NCBI RefSeq assembly: GCF_035084215.1
Contig: NC_090356.1
Location: 17,174,001-17,238,000 of the forward strand
Length of the DNA: 64,000 bases
Source: Heptranchias perlo
Taxonomy: Eukaryota
Direction of reading: 5' to 3'
Shown: positions 37,245-48,692 of the stretch, piece by piece
Layout of the letters: each line of letters begins with the position of its first letter
Numbering within the stretch: the stretch's first letter is position 1
Program-made: the position numbers and the translations under genes
The notes under the pieces: model-generated
What the model was told of the DNA's origin: nothing
Databases searched by the model: none
What the model saw: only the letters and a program-made list of their open reading frames with translations

Positions 37245-39160
37245 AGCGTAGCTCACCTGGTAGCACTGTTCTGAGCTGCAAGTTTGTGGGTTGAAGGCCC
37301 ACTGCACAACTTAGGTACAAAAAATATGTTAACTTACACTACAATGTAGTACTGAGGGAGACTTCCATTGTTGGAGGTTCAGGGGGCGAAATTGTGCCTT
37401 GTAGCATCCGTTATGTAGGCGCTATGCAAACACCTGAGCCCCGAAAATGGCATCCGAGATGCGCATACATAAGTCCGGCGTGACGTGTGCAGGACACCAT
37501 CTTAGTACACCTAACGAACGCCGGCAGCATGTAGAGTAGGGAGATTATGATGTTAATCAGTGTGCAACGCTGATTTAAAGGGACCGCTGCTATTTTGGAA
37601 CTCCACACTCCAGCCAGCGCACTGTCTTAACCTCGCATAGCTAAACAGGTCTTAAAGGCATGGAGGACCCCCCCCCACCAGTGCTATTTAAAGGGATCAT
37701 TCACGAGTTACTGGTTAGTTGCTGGATTATTTGTTCTGGCTGCTGATGCATTTGTACCTGTTTTTGGAGGTTTCCTATACTATATAAAGTTACAATACTC
37801 TACAGGGAGTGGGCTGGCTAGCAGACAGGCAACAGCAAGGGCACTGGCGGAGTGGCAGGGCTGGGACAGGAGTGCTGTCATCCTGAGAGAGGACAGCAGG
37901 TTCATGTTCCATGGAACCACTGCTACTTGCTGCCTCCTGTTATGTGCCACCTTCTGCAAGAAAGCGGCAAGTGTGTCGGTGAGTGTCCTGCAAGATGTTT
38001 GAGTGGTGTGGCTGTCATGATTCAATAGTTGCCAGTGAGTGTGACCTTTGAGTTGTGGGTGTGCGGCTTGCAACAGTGGTAATGTGTGAGGGTGAGATGA
38101 AGCATCCGATTGGGAGAGATGTGTACTGATTGAAAATGTTTGTTGGTAGGTGGGTGATGGGGAATGTAGTGCTTGGAGCAGTGGATGCGACTAGTGGTGC
38201 AGTTGGTAGGATATGCTACTTGACAATTGAACTCACTCACCTTGACCACTCGTGTCAAATCATTGAACTTCTTCCTGCGCTGCATCCATGTTTGTGGTGC
38301 TATGCTCCTGGCATTGACTTTGTCCCCTGCTGCCTCCCACTGCCTCGTGAGCATATGTCTGGATGGCCTCTTGCCACCCTGCTGATACAGGATGCCCCTC
38401 CTTCTGTCCCCCTCTTCCATCAAGGCCTCTAGTGCATCATCCGAGAACCTTGGTGCACGCCCTCTCGCAGGCCCGGTACAAACTCAGATCAGTAGATTGT
38501 CCGGGTCTGGCGTGCAAATTGGAGGATGTGGGATGTAGTTTTGAGAAACCTTTATTCAATATTTTAAAATGCAACAACAGTTTTTAAACTCAACGACGAG
38601 ACCTGCATCTGTGTTTTACTTGTGCAATTTCTGATCTCCGTTCAGACCCGTATCTTATATTTTGAAAATATAAGAGTCCCACAAACTTTGAGCTGCCAAG
38701 TTGTTGCTCATTAAAAATTCCAGAGTTCCCAAAATCACCATTCTTCACTATATTGCAGCACAAATTCACTTCAAAATTGACTTCCACCACTGCTCCCCTT
38801 TAAAAGGTGCAAGCTGCCTTTAAGTGATGCTAACCACTCCTGATATTGGGGCCCCCCTGCTGGTGCATGCAGCCAATCAACAGCACAGGCAGTGCTGGCT
38901 GCACACTGCAATCATTGAAATCATCAGGCAACATGAATGTTACGTGCTGCCTGCATCGCAATCAACTGGTGCGAGTTAATCACGTACCACAATCCCAGCA
39001 CCCGTTTACGGAGCTAACCAATTTAACCCCGCATGAAATGTTAAGCTGGGTCTAAATCTGCCTGCTGTGGTCAGTTTAAAGATCCAATTACATTACTCAA
39101 AGAACAGTATTGCCCTGACAATATTCCTCCCTCAACCAACACCACCAAAAAATGGATTCA
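37245..39160 (+). mobile_element. DeuSINE-type SINE split by a DNA transposon
   Basis: Head and gtactgagggag...ggagg at 37245-37382; the SINE continues at 39031 (atgaaatgttaa...ccctcaaccaacaccacc). Confidence 0.6.
37383..39030 (-). mobile_element. Harbinger-type element with a Myb/SANT remnant
   Basis: Imperfect TIR ggggcgaaattg / caatttaacccc. ORF 38022..38423(-) gives RRRGILYQQGGKRPS...QWEA...RRKKFNDLTRVVK. The interior is homologous, in inverted orientation, to 35700-36930. Confidence 0.72.
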
Positions 39161-39169
39161 CAATTTGTT

Positions 39170-39424
39170 TTTTGTATTTATTGGTAAAATGGTAAGATGA
39201 AAAGCAGAGTATGCGAGTGTTTTTTGATCTTTGTGCATTCTTTTACTTCCTTGGTTGCTGAATGGGAGTAGATGTTTGTTGAGTAAATATTCACATGTGA
39301 AGTGTGTTTAACTGTATTGTGTGAGTGTATGTAAGGCGCTTTCGACTAAAATTATACATGTATCTAAAATGGTACCGCAGTAGCCACACCTGTGGCTAGT
39401 TGGCAATTTCTATTGGACACCAGT
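39170..39424 (+). mobile_element. Short derivative of the hAT/MER3-like family
   Basis: 39175-39260 matches the reverse complement of 33300-33390; the end ctattggacaccagtg matches the 28533 terminus. Confidence 0.65.
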
Positions 39425-39789
39425 GACTGAAAGAGTAATCAAGGTATGGGGTAAGTTACACGGAAAGGATATTGAAGCAGACAGTATAAATGGGATCAAC
39501 AGGTTTGTTGGGCCTGATAGCCCTTTCATGTTCTTGAGCAAATTTAAGAAAAAGAATGTTTATCATTTCTGCTTCATCTGTCACAAACTGTTAGTCTCAT
39601 CAAATTTTTAACTGTTTACCCGAATTATTACAACTCTGGACACTAATTAAATAGAACCTTCTAAAATTGAAGCATTTTACCAGAACACACAGTACATCAG
39701 TTCCCCATATATAAAGAAATGCATATCCTCCATGCACATAGTGTCAGGATAACTAACTTTCAGCAGATAAACATGAAAAAACTTGTTTT

Positions 39790-40015
39790 CCCTAAACACA
39801 CACACACGGGGAGACACATGTACATGCACCTGTGTGGAGACAAACTTAGAAGTGCACACACACACACACACACACACACATGGAGGAGACAGATGTGCAC
39901 ACACATACAGGGGGAGAAAAATGTGCACATGGGGAGACAGACAGGCATATACTCTCAAACACAAGAGACTCTCACACAGACAAACAAACATAAACAAGCA
40001 GATACATGCACACAC
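39790..40015. repeat. (CA)n microsatellite and CA-rich low-complexity tract
   Basis: cacacacacacacacacacacaca at ~39855-39880 with degenerate flanks. Confidence 0.85.
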
Positions 40016-40382
40016 AGGCGCATCAGCTGCATGTACTTGTGACTGTTAGGAAGGGATTATAAAGAGTGCTGATCCCATTCTGCGACTGGCAGACTTGCCA
40101 AAGCATTCTCTCATTCTCGCATTGCAGATAAAGTGCTATCTTTAATTTTGGAGGAAACATACCAGCGTTTGGGTGGGGCAGCAGGTTACAACATAGATTT
40201 CATCTCTGTGGCTCGTGATGAATTCTAGCCAAGAGATTTCAGCTGAAAGTTTCCTTTCCCTGACGCTGTTAACTTTCCCAATGGAAAACAATTTGGATGT
40301 TTTCAGCCCTATTCCCAGTGCACATGAAATTAAAGCCCAAAAAATCCCAGAAATTGAACGTTATTAATGTCCATTACTACAT

Positions 40383-40803
40383 GAGCTGGCAAGGACCCAA
40401 TACCACAGGAGCTGACAAGGATCCAATACCACAGGAGCTGACAAGGACCCAATACCACAGGAGCTGACAAGGATCCAATACCACGGGAGCTGACAAGGAC
40501 CCAATACCATGGGAGCTGACAAGGACCCAATACCATGGGAGCTGACAAGGACCCAATACCACAGGAGCTGACAAGGACCCAATACCACAGGAGCTGACAA
40601 GGATCCAATACCACGGGAGCTGACAAGGACCCAATACCACGGGAGCTGACAAGGACCCAATACCACGGGAGCTGGCAAGGACCCAATACCACGGGAGCTG
40701 ACAAGGACCCAATACCATGGGAGCTGACAAGGACCCAATACCATGGGAGCTGACAAGGACCCAATACCACAGGAGCTGACAAAGACCCAATGCCACAGGA
40801 GCA
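40383..40803. repeat. 26-bp minisatellite, about 16 copies
   Basis: Unit gagctgacaaggacccaataccac(a/g)g or ...ccatgg, period 26. Confidence 0.95.
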
Positions 40804-41089
40804 GGATTGGATGGCTGATGTAGAGAATCAAAACATCACAGACTTGTCAATCAGCCCATCCTTAACCTCTGAGATTGTGTTTAAGAAATATTGACGATGT
40901 GTGATATGCAACATCATACAACTGTACAAGATTCCATTCCACAGTGATTGTAGCCGGCAGGTTGATAATTATAAAATCCCCTCCCCCACAAAAATGTTTA
41001 AACAACTGAGTGAATGAAGTTCATTGTTTCTGGAATCTGGCCGGTGGAGGAGGATCATTAACCCACGCTGATATAAAATGATCAAAACA

Positions 41090-41180
41090 GAAACAAAAGG
41101 CAAAATACTGCAGATGCTGGAAATCTGAAATAAAAACAAAAAATGCTGGAAACACTCAGCAAGTCAGGCTAACCTTTCAG
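41090..41180 (-). mobile_element. Partial copy (tail plus one arm) of the 51639 palindromic family
   Basis: gcaaaatactgcagatgctggaaatctgaaataaaaac..aaatgctggaaacactcagc. Confidence 0.7.
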
Positions 41181-41449
41181 CTAACCTTTGCGATTATAGC
41201 ACCAAATACAGCCAAACATATAGGGCATGACCTAAGAACCATGGAGAACAGCACAAGCACTTCTTGCTGCTGGGCTGGCAACATTAGTGAAACAGGATGA
41301 AAGACACACGGAAATGGTATTTCAGTTTTCGGTGCTTTGAATGTATTAAATAGTGATTAATAACCTTCCCCATCCCTAGAATCATTGCCTTTGTGTATGT
41401 GTACTTCTGTGCATTTCATTATTCACCACTGTCCCTTTGTGTGTCGTTC

Positions 41450-41660
41450 TGGCTTAGTTGGGTCAAAAGGTTGTTAGTTCAAGCCCACACCTGGGGTTTG
41501 AGCCTCATAATCTAGGCTGACACCATGCAGTACTCAGGGTGCCATTCTGCAAATGAGACATTAAATCAAGGTCCTGTCTGCCTGTTCCAGTCATTCAGGT
41601 GGACGTTAACGATTTCATAGCACAATTTGAAGAATAGCGAGTTCCTGCTGTTGGCCAATT
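41450..41660 (+). mobile_element. DeuSINE-type SINE fragment
   Basis: gttcaagcccacac...taatctaggctgacac..gcagtact...caggtggacgtt. Confidence 0.6.
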
Positions 41661-43467
41661 ACTAGAAATTCTAACATCCACACCTCGCTTAGCATGAAAC
41701 CAGACCAGCCGCTAAAACACTCAACTTTTTATATACTCTTAATCCTTTAACTAAACGAAACAGTAAGTCATTTCCCTCATTCCTGAGACCCTTGCATCCT
41801 ACAGCATGGGACCGAGTACAAATAGTCTGAGTGAAGGACGACTCGAGGGACCTGACCTTGGTCCTTGAATGGATGGATCTGTAACCAGATCCAGACATAC
41901 AGCGAATACAATAAAACTGAGATTTTTTGTCCCTCTTGGAGAAATTTTGCTGTGTCTGTTTCATAGTGAGTAAAATAGCATGAAGTCTGTGACATTTTTA
42001 AACACTTTGATGCGGGACAGGCACTGCAGGATCCGCAGATAAATATAGTTTGAAGGTTTCTTTCTGCTGAGCTTCTGTTCATAATTTTAATTTGCAGTGC
42101 AGCTGGTTCATCTCTGAATGAAGTAGGCGGATGCGGTAGATTTAAATATAAATTACACATTACGCTGGATTTATGCCTGGCCTCCTACTCCTCCGCTGTG
42201 CAGTCAGTAATAGTTCAACTTGAAGTGTCTGCCTGTGAATGAAGGACATAGGAAACAGATTTCATTCCACAAGGTCTTTGAATGTAAAACATTTTTTCAC
42301 TAGTATGCCATTAATAATTGTAGTAAAAGTAATGGGTTTGAAAATGGCCTCAGACTGAGAGTTGACTTAACTGTTAAGTGTTCCACTGCTTCTGTGGGGA
42401 AGCACTTTGTTGGCACTAAGCATTATGTCACCAAGGCTAGAACAAGACTGGGAAACTCACAGTTTAAAAGTTACATCTTACCAGTCCACGGAAACTACAC
42501 CATGGTATACGGTGACACACAATAAACATGCCACCAGGATATCCAATAGTTCATATCCTGATGACTAGCCCATGACCAAATCTCAGTGTATTCTTTGCTC
42601 ATTGCATTCAGTTCTCACTCTGCTCAGCGGTGATCCAGTGCATTCGAGAAATGAACTTTCTTGAAAGTTCACATATTGTCGGCTTACTCACAGCATTTGA
42701 AATACTCTAATTTACACTAAAGAAAAATCACTATATGAATTTAATTAAAGGAGCCTCTTCACTAAACTCTTCAGTCAGTTAGCATTGAGTGTTCATTGAA
42801 GCATAAATCTGGCAGATTCTTGGTGAGAGCATTGAACAGAGGTGGATGAAATTGCTTGAGTTGGAGGTAGCCCAGCCCCTCCAGCAGCTGTATGTTCAGT
42901 AATACTTTGCCCTCCTACTTGACAAAGATCTGCCGATGTAAGTAACTCTTTGTGAAGCGAAACGGCACCTTTCAAATTATCAGATAAAAATTGGGAGCTG
43001 TAAAGCAAAAGCAGGATCCGGATCAACACCAGCATATGTGTGGACTATTCAGAAGCCAATAGATTCATTCTTGGTTTTTATAGTATTTGTTTTTGTAAAC
43101 TTTTGGTAGTCACAGAGTTTTCCAAAAGCTGCATGGTGAGCAGGCCCTGACTGAGACTGAAACTGTCAGAATTTTACTTATTTAAGGGACTTCCTCCTTC
43201 CCGGAACATTCTCCCTCCCACAAATACTCCAGCCCATGCACTCCCCCACCCACACACCCATTCACACGCACTCTTTCCCCCACATATAATTCCCATCCAC
43301 GCACTCCCCTGATACACACATTCTCCACCCCAAGCAAAAAAGTTAAGAATCAATCACATTTACTGTTTGCAGAGAACATATGGAAAAAAAATTTTTTAAT
43401 GAATTTGGTGCTCTTCAAGATGAATGCTATTAATGCTGACAACAAAACACTTTCCATTTTGTGCGCC

Positions 43468-43605
43468 CAGTGTCAGCATCAAGCACGACAGGTAAACAAG
43501 GTCAGATGTGGCATAGGTTAATTACAGAGGAAAACTCCCTCTGTACTGCCCCATCAAGCACTCCTGGGTCAGGTACAGAGTAAAGATCCCTCTGCTTTGT
43601 CACAA
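43468..43605 (-). repeat. Degenerate repeat related to 58095-58295
   Basis: cagtgtcagcatcaagcac, cccatcaagcactcc and acagagtaaagatccctct are reverse complements of units at 58.1-58.3 kb. Confidence 0.55.
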
Positions 43606-44459
43606 CATGTACAAGCTCAGGATTGTAGCATGTCCTGCATTCATGTAAATGCTTCCATTTTCCACATGAACTGCCCTAATGGCCACTAAGCGCAATTACC
43701 AGGCTGGTGCCAATTATGTGGGCCTCATATTGTGCGACCAACTCCTGACTGAGGGAAATCTAGTGGAGACCAGTGCTTTGGAGGTGCTGGCTTGCAGGCT
43801 GATATGGGTATGGGCTGTTCTGGAATCGGCACCAAGAACAGTCGTGGCTGTCTCCAATGGGACTAGTCTAGTTCAACCATGGTTATGGTGTGATTTGGCG
43901 GCAGCAATTCACTTCGTAAATTTTTTTAAACTACTGCATTTGCAAAGTGAATGTTTCTGAGCAAGAGACCTTCCTGTGGACAAAGTCCAGCTGCGAGAGT
44001 AACAGAGGAGATCTTCTCTCACTAAATCTGGGGTGCAGGCCACTGTTGGCTGTACAGCAGATTTCACTGTAAGATTGTTAATCACACCCAGAAGCTGGTT
44101 CAAAATCAGTGCGTGAAACACATAAGAGTACCTATTTTACAAAGGAAGTTCCTCTTCCAACAATTATATTGCCCTTTAATAACCATAAAGCAATGGTGAG
44201 CCATAAATGAAAACTTTTCAATCTCAATGAGTGAACTACACAAGGTTCCATTATAAGACTTCTCCTATCTTCAAATTTGCTAGCAATATAAAAATAGGAG
44301 GTGCAGCAAATAATGAGGAGCAAAACAACCAGATTCAGGAGATTGATAATTGGACCAAATTGTGTCCCATGGGATGTGTACCCTTCACCAAACATTTCCC
44401 AATATGCCTTCCAGCCATCAGGCATGGGCAACATTATCAAGTTCCTATCTGAAACTTCA

Positions 44460-46460
44460 GTTAAGAACATAGGAAAGTTCAGCACCAGAAATGGCTCAGC
44501 AGTCCATCTGGCTGGTCCCAGAAACTGATACTCCTCAATCACCTATACCCTCAAATATCTAACCAATTCTCCTGTAACTTTTTCCACATTCTTTGCCTCC
44601 CTGGACAGTCCATTTCACATGTTCATCAGCCTCTGTGTAAAGTAGATGAACCTAAACTGTTTGTGTACCCTCTCTCTACTAAGGTTGAGCCCATGTCCTC
44701 TGGCTCTAGAGTTTGTGACAATCTTGAACATATTATTTGCGTTTCGTTTATCTATACCCTTAAGAATCTTGAATACATGAATTGTATCTCCCCTGACCCT
44801 TCTCATCGCCAGAGTAATCTAAGACTCTTCAACCTCTCATCATATCAAATGTCTTAAGTTAGGTATTAGTTTGGTTTCCCTTTACTGCATTACATACGAA
44901 CATATGATTAAGAGCAGGAGTAGGCCATTCGGCTCCTCGAGCCTGCTCTGCCATTTGATAAGATCATGGCTGATCTGATTGTGACCTCAACCCTACTTTC
45001 CTGTCTACCTACTATAACCTTTGACTCCCTTGTTAATCAGGAATCTATCTAACTCAGCCTTAAAAATATTCAATGACTCTGCCTCCACCGCTCTCTGGGG
45101 AGGGGAGTTCCACAGACGCACAACCCTCTGAGAGAAAAATTTTCTCCTCATCTCCGTCTTAAATGGAAGACCCCCTTATTTTTAAACTGTGGCCCCTAGT
45201 TCTAGTCTCTCCCACAAGGGGAAACATCCCTTCAGCATCTACCCCTTCTAGTCCCCTCAGGATCTTATATGTTTCAATAAGTTCACCTCTCATTCTTCTA
45301 AACTCCAGTGTTTACAGGCCCAACTTGTCCAACCTTACCTCATAAGATACCCCCTCATCCCAGGAATCAGTTGAGTGAACCTTCTCTGAACCCCCTCCAA
45401 AGCAATTATGTCCTTTCTTAAATAAGGAGACCAAAACTGCACTCAGTATTCCAAATGTGGTCTCACTAATGCCCTATACAACTGTAGCAAAACATCTCTA
45501 CTTTTATATTCCATTCCTCTTGCAATAAATGACAACATTCCATTTGCCTTTCTAATCACTTGCTGTAACTGCATACTAACTTTTTGTGATTCATGTATGA
45601 GGACACCCAGATCCCTCTATACCTCAGAGTTATGTAATCTCTCTCCATTTAAATAATACACTGCTTTTCTATTCCTCCTGCCAAAGTGGACAAGTTCACA
45701 TTTTCCCACATTATACTCCATCTGCCAAATTTTTGCCCACTCGCTTAACCTATCTATATCCCTTTGCAGACTCCTTGTGTCCTCTTCACAACTTACTTTC
45801 CTACCTACCTTTGTGTCATCAGCAAATTTAGCAACCATACATTCGGTCCCTTCATCCAAGTCATTGATATAGATTGTAAATAGTTGAGTTCCAAGCACTG
45901 ATCCCTGTGGCACTCCACTCGTTACATCTTGCCAACCTGAAAATGACACATTTATGCCTACTTTCTGTTTCCTGTTAGCTAACCAATCCTTTATTCATGC
46001 TAATTTGTTACCCCCTACACCATGAGCTCTTTAATGTTTCCAGTGCTTCCAGTACTTGGATATCCCTTGTTAGAGTACAGCAACCAGAATTGTACATAGC
46101 ACTTCAGGTGTGGCCATACCTGTGCCTCGTACAGACTCACTATTACCTCCTGACATTTGTGCTCTATCCCTCCAGCTATACATCCCAAAATCTCGTTTGT
46201 TTTTCTTGCTGCGGCAACACTCTGTGCTGTTGGTTTCAACGAGCTATCCACCAAAACACCCAGGACTCTCTGAGTTGTTTCCTGTAGTCTAGAGCCATTT
46301 GTTTTATATTTCCATAGTTTATTTACCATCCTTAGTCTCACTTTCTTTTATTTGTCCACATTAAATTAATTTGCCACTCATTATCCCACTTTCCCAATTT
46401 ATTTGGATCCCCTTGTATTTGGTTTATCTGTTCCTTCTTATTTGACCTCGCCCCACCAAT
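44460..46460 (-). mobile_element. Old CR1 fragment with a younger CR1 (44893-46030) inserted in it
   Basis: Old parts: RRVRGDTIHVFK, LYEAQVWPHLKCYVQFW. Young part: GVPQGSVLG, FADDTKVG and tail gagcaggagtaggcc at ~44912. Confidence 0.85.
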
Positions 46461-46489
46461 TTGGTATCGGCTTTGCTCTCATCCCTTCT

Positions 46490-47157
46490 CCAAATGACCA
46501 TGCCATCCTCCTCCATCGTCTCAGTTGTCCAGCTCAGTGGAACTGCCCTCACTTGGTTCCACTCTCCACTATCCAGTCGCAGCCAAAGCATCTCCAGCAA
46601 TGACTTCTCTTCCTGCCCCCACATCAATATCTCTGGAGTCTTCCAAGGATCTATCCTTCACCCCTCCTCTTCCTCATCTACATGCCGCACTTCGGCAATA
46701 TCATTTGAAGACACGGGTCAGCTTTCACATGTACGCAACGGCACCCAGATCTACCTCTCCACCACCTCTCTCAACCCCTCCGCTGCCTCTGTGTTGTCAT
46801 CCAATATCGGATGTCAGAATTTCCTCCAGTTCGATCCCGAGCTGAACTTCTGACCCTATATCCTGTCTATCACAAAGACCCCCACCTACTTCCACCTCTG
46901 TAACATTGCATGCTTCCACTCCTGTCTCAGTCCATCTCCTGCTTATCTATGCCTTTGTCACCTCCAGACTTGACTATTCCAATACACTTCTGGCCAGCCG
47001 CCCATCCTCCACCCCCCACAAACTTCAATTCATCCAAAACTCTGCTGTCCATATTCTATCCTCCACCAAGTCCCGCTCGCAAATCAGCCCTGTCCTTGCT
47101 GAGCTGCATTAGCTCCCAGGCTTCCAACACCTCCAATTTAAAATCCTTATCCTCATC
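46490..47157 (+). mobile_element. L2-clade LINE fragment
   Basis: LSGTALTWFHS, IYAFVTSRLDYSNTLL, FIQNSA and ISPVLAELH. Confidence 0.85.
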
Positions 47158-47466
47158 TGGGAAGAGAGCTAGGCACAAGAATGCCTAGATCTCTTCCCTG
47201 ATCAGCACTCTGTCTCATCTAGTCCCAGGTGCTCAAGCAGGGGGTGTCAGGCAGGAGCCTCTCCTCCAACACAAGGAGATAAAAAGAGACAAATTCATAT
47301 ATGAGGTAAGTCAGGTTTTTAAACTGAAAGCTGCACAATAGGTGTGAGGTGTTTACCGATTACCAAGATATGATGTCATGATGTGGAGATGCCGGTGATG
47401 GACTGGGGTTGACAATTGTAAACAATTTTACAACACCAAGTTATAGTCCAGCAATTTTATTTTAAA

Positions 47467-47505
47467 TTCACAAGCTTTCGGAGGCTTCCTCCTTCCTCAG
47501 GTAAA
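47467..47505 (-). ncRNA. Minimal hammerhead ribozyme motif in pLTR
   Basis: Reverse complement: tttac-CTGAGGA-a-ggagg-aag-cctcc-GAAA-gctt-gtgaa. Confidence 0.75.
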
Positions 47506-47734
47506 TGTTCAGGAGCTCCTCGAAGCCTACGCATTTATACATATAGAACAATACATGGTGTTTACAGAATGCCCCTGCAACTGCCCGTTGCCAAGGCAAT
47601 CACCGTGTTCAGACAGAGAGGTGTCTCCTGCAGAACCCCCGAATACACATTCAACAAAAAAACAAACAGGAAAAAAAACAGAGAGAGGCAGAAACATCCG
47701 GAAGGCAGAGAAAGCCAGCAAATGACCCATTATA

Positions 47735-48692
47735 TTAAAAACAGATAACATTTGTTCGCTGGTGGGGTAACGTGTAGCGTGACATGAACCCAAGATCCCG
47801 GTTGAGGCCGTCCTCATGGGTGCGGAACTTGGCTATCAATTTCTGCTCGACGATTTTGCGTTGTCGTGTGTCTCGAAGGCCGCCTTGGAGTACGCTTACC
47901 CGAAGGTCGGTGGATGAATGTCCATGACTGCTGAAGTGTTCCCCGACTGGGAGGGAACCCTCCTGTTTGGCGATTGTTGCGCGGTGTCCGTTCATCCGTT
48001 GTCGCAGCGTCTGCATGGTCTCGCCAATGTACCATGCTCTGGGGCATCCTTTCCTGCAACGTATGAGGTAGACAACGTTGGCCGAGTCACAGGAGTATGA
48101 ACCATGCACCTGGTGGGTGGTGTCCTCTCGTGTGATGGTGGTATCTGTGTCGATGATCTGGCATGTCTTGCAGAGGTTACCGTGGCAGGGTTGTGTGGTG
48201 TCGTGGACGCTGTTCTCTTGAAAGCTAGGTAATTTGCTGCGAACGATGGTCTGTTTGAGGTTGGGTGGCTGTTTAAAGGCGAGTAGTGGAGGTGTGGGGA
48301 TGGCCATAGCGAGGTGTTTGTCCTCATTGATGACATGTTGAAGGCTGCGGAGAACATGGCGTAGTTTCTCCGCTCCGGGGAAGTACTGGACGACAAAGGG
48401 TACTCTGTTGGTTGCGTCCCGTGTTAGTCTCCTGAGGAGGTCTATGCGATTTTTTGCTGTGGCCCGTCGGAACTGTCGATCGATGAGTCGAGCGTCATAT
48501 CCAGTTCTTACTAGGGCGTCTTTCTGCGTCTGTAGGTGTCCATCGCGTTCCTCCTCGTCTGAGCAGACCCTGTGTATTCGCAGGGCCTGTCCATAGGGGA
48601 TGGCCTCTTTGACGTGGTTAGGGTGGAAGCTGGAAAAGTGGAGCATCGTGAGGTTGTCCGTGGGCTTGCGGTAGAGTGAGGTGCTGAGGTGC
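47735..48692 (-). CDS. Inverted duplicate of the PLE thumb, Cys linker and GIY-YIG region (no RT core)
   Basis: ORF 47735..48727(-) matches the C-terminal ~318 aa of the + ORF except for L>Q (TLKDA to TQKDA). Confidence 0.85.

Noticed and set aside
40383-40803. CRISPR-like regular repeat and long ORFs in three minus frames
   Set aside because: Units are contiguous with no unique spacers and the context is eukaryotic; the ORFs are periodic translations of the repeat.
41777-43035. Minus-strand ORFs of 80-127 aa in unique DNA
   Set aside because: No motif or consistent exon phasing seen.
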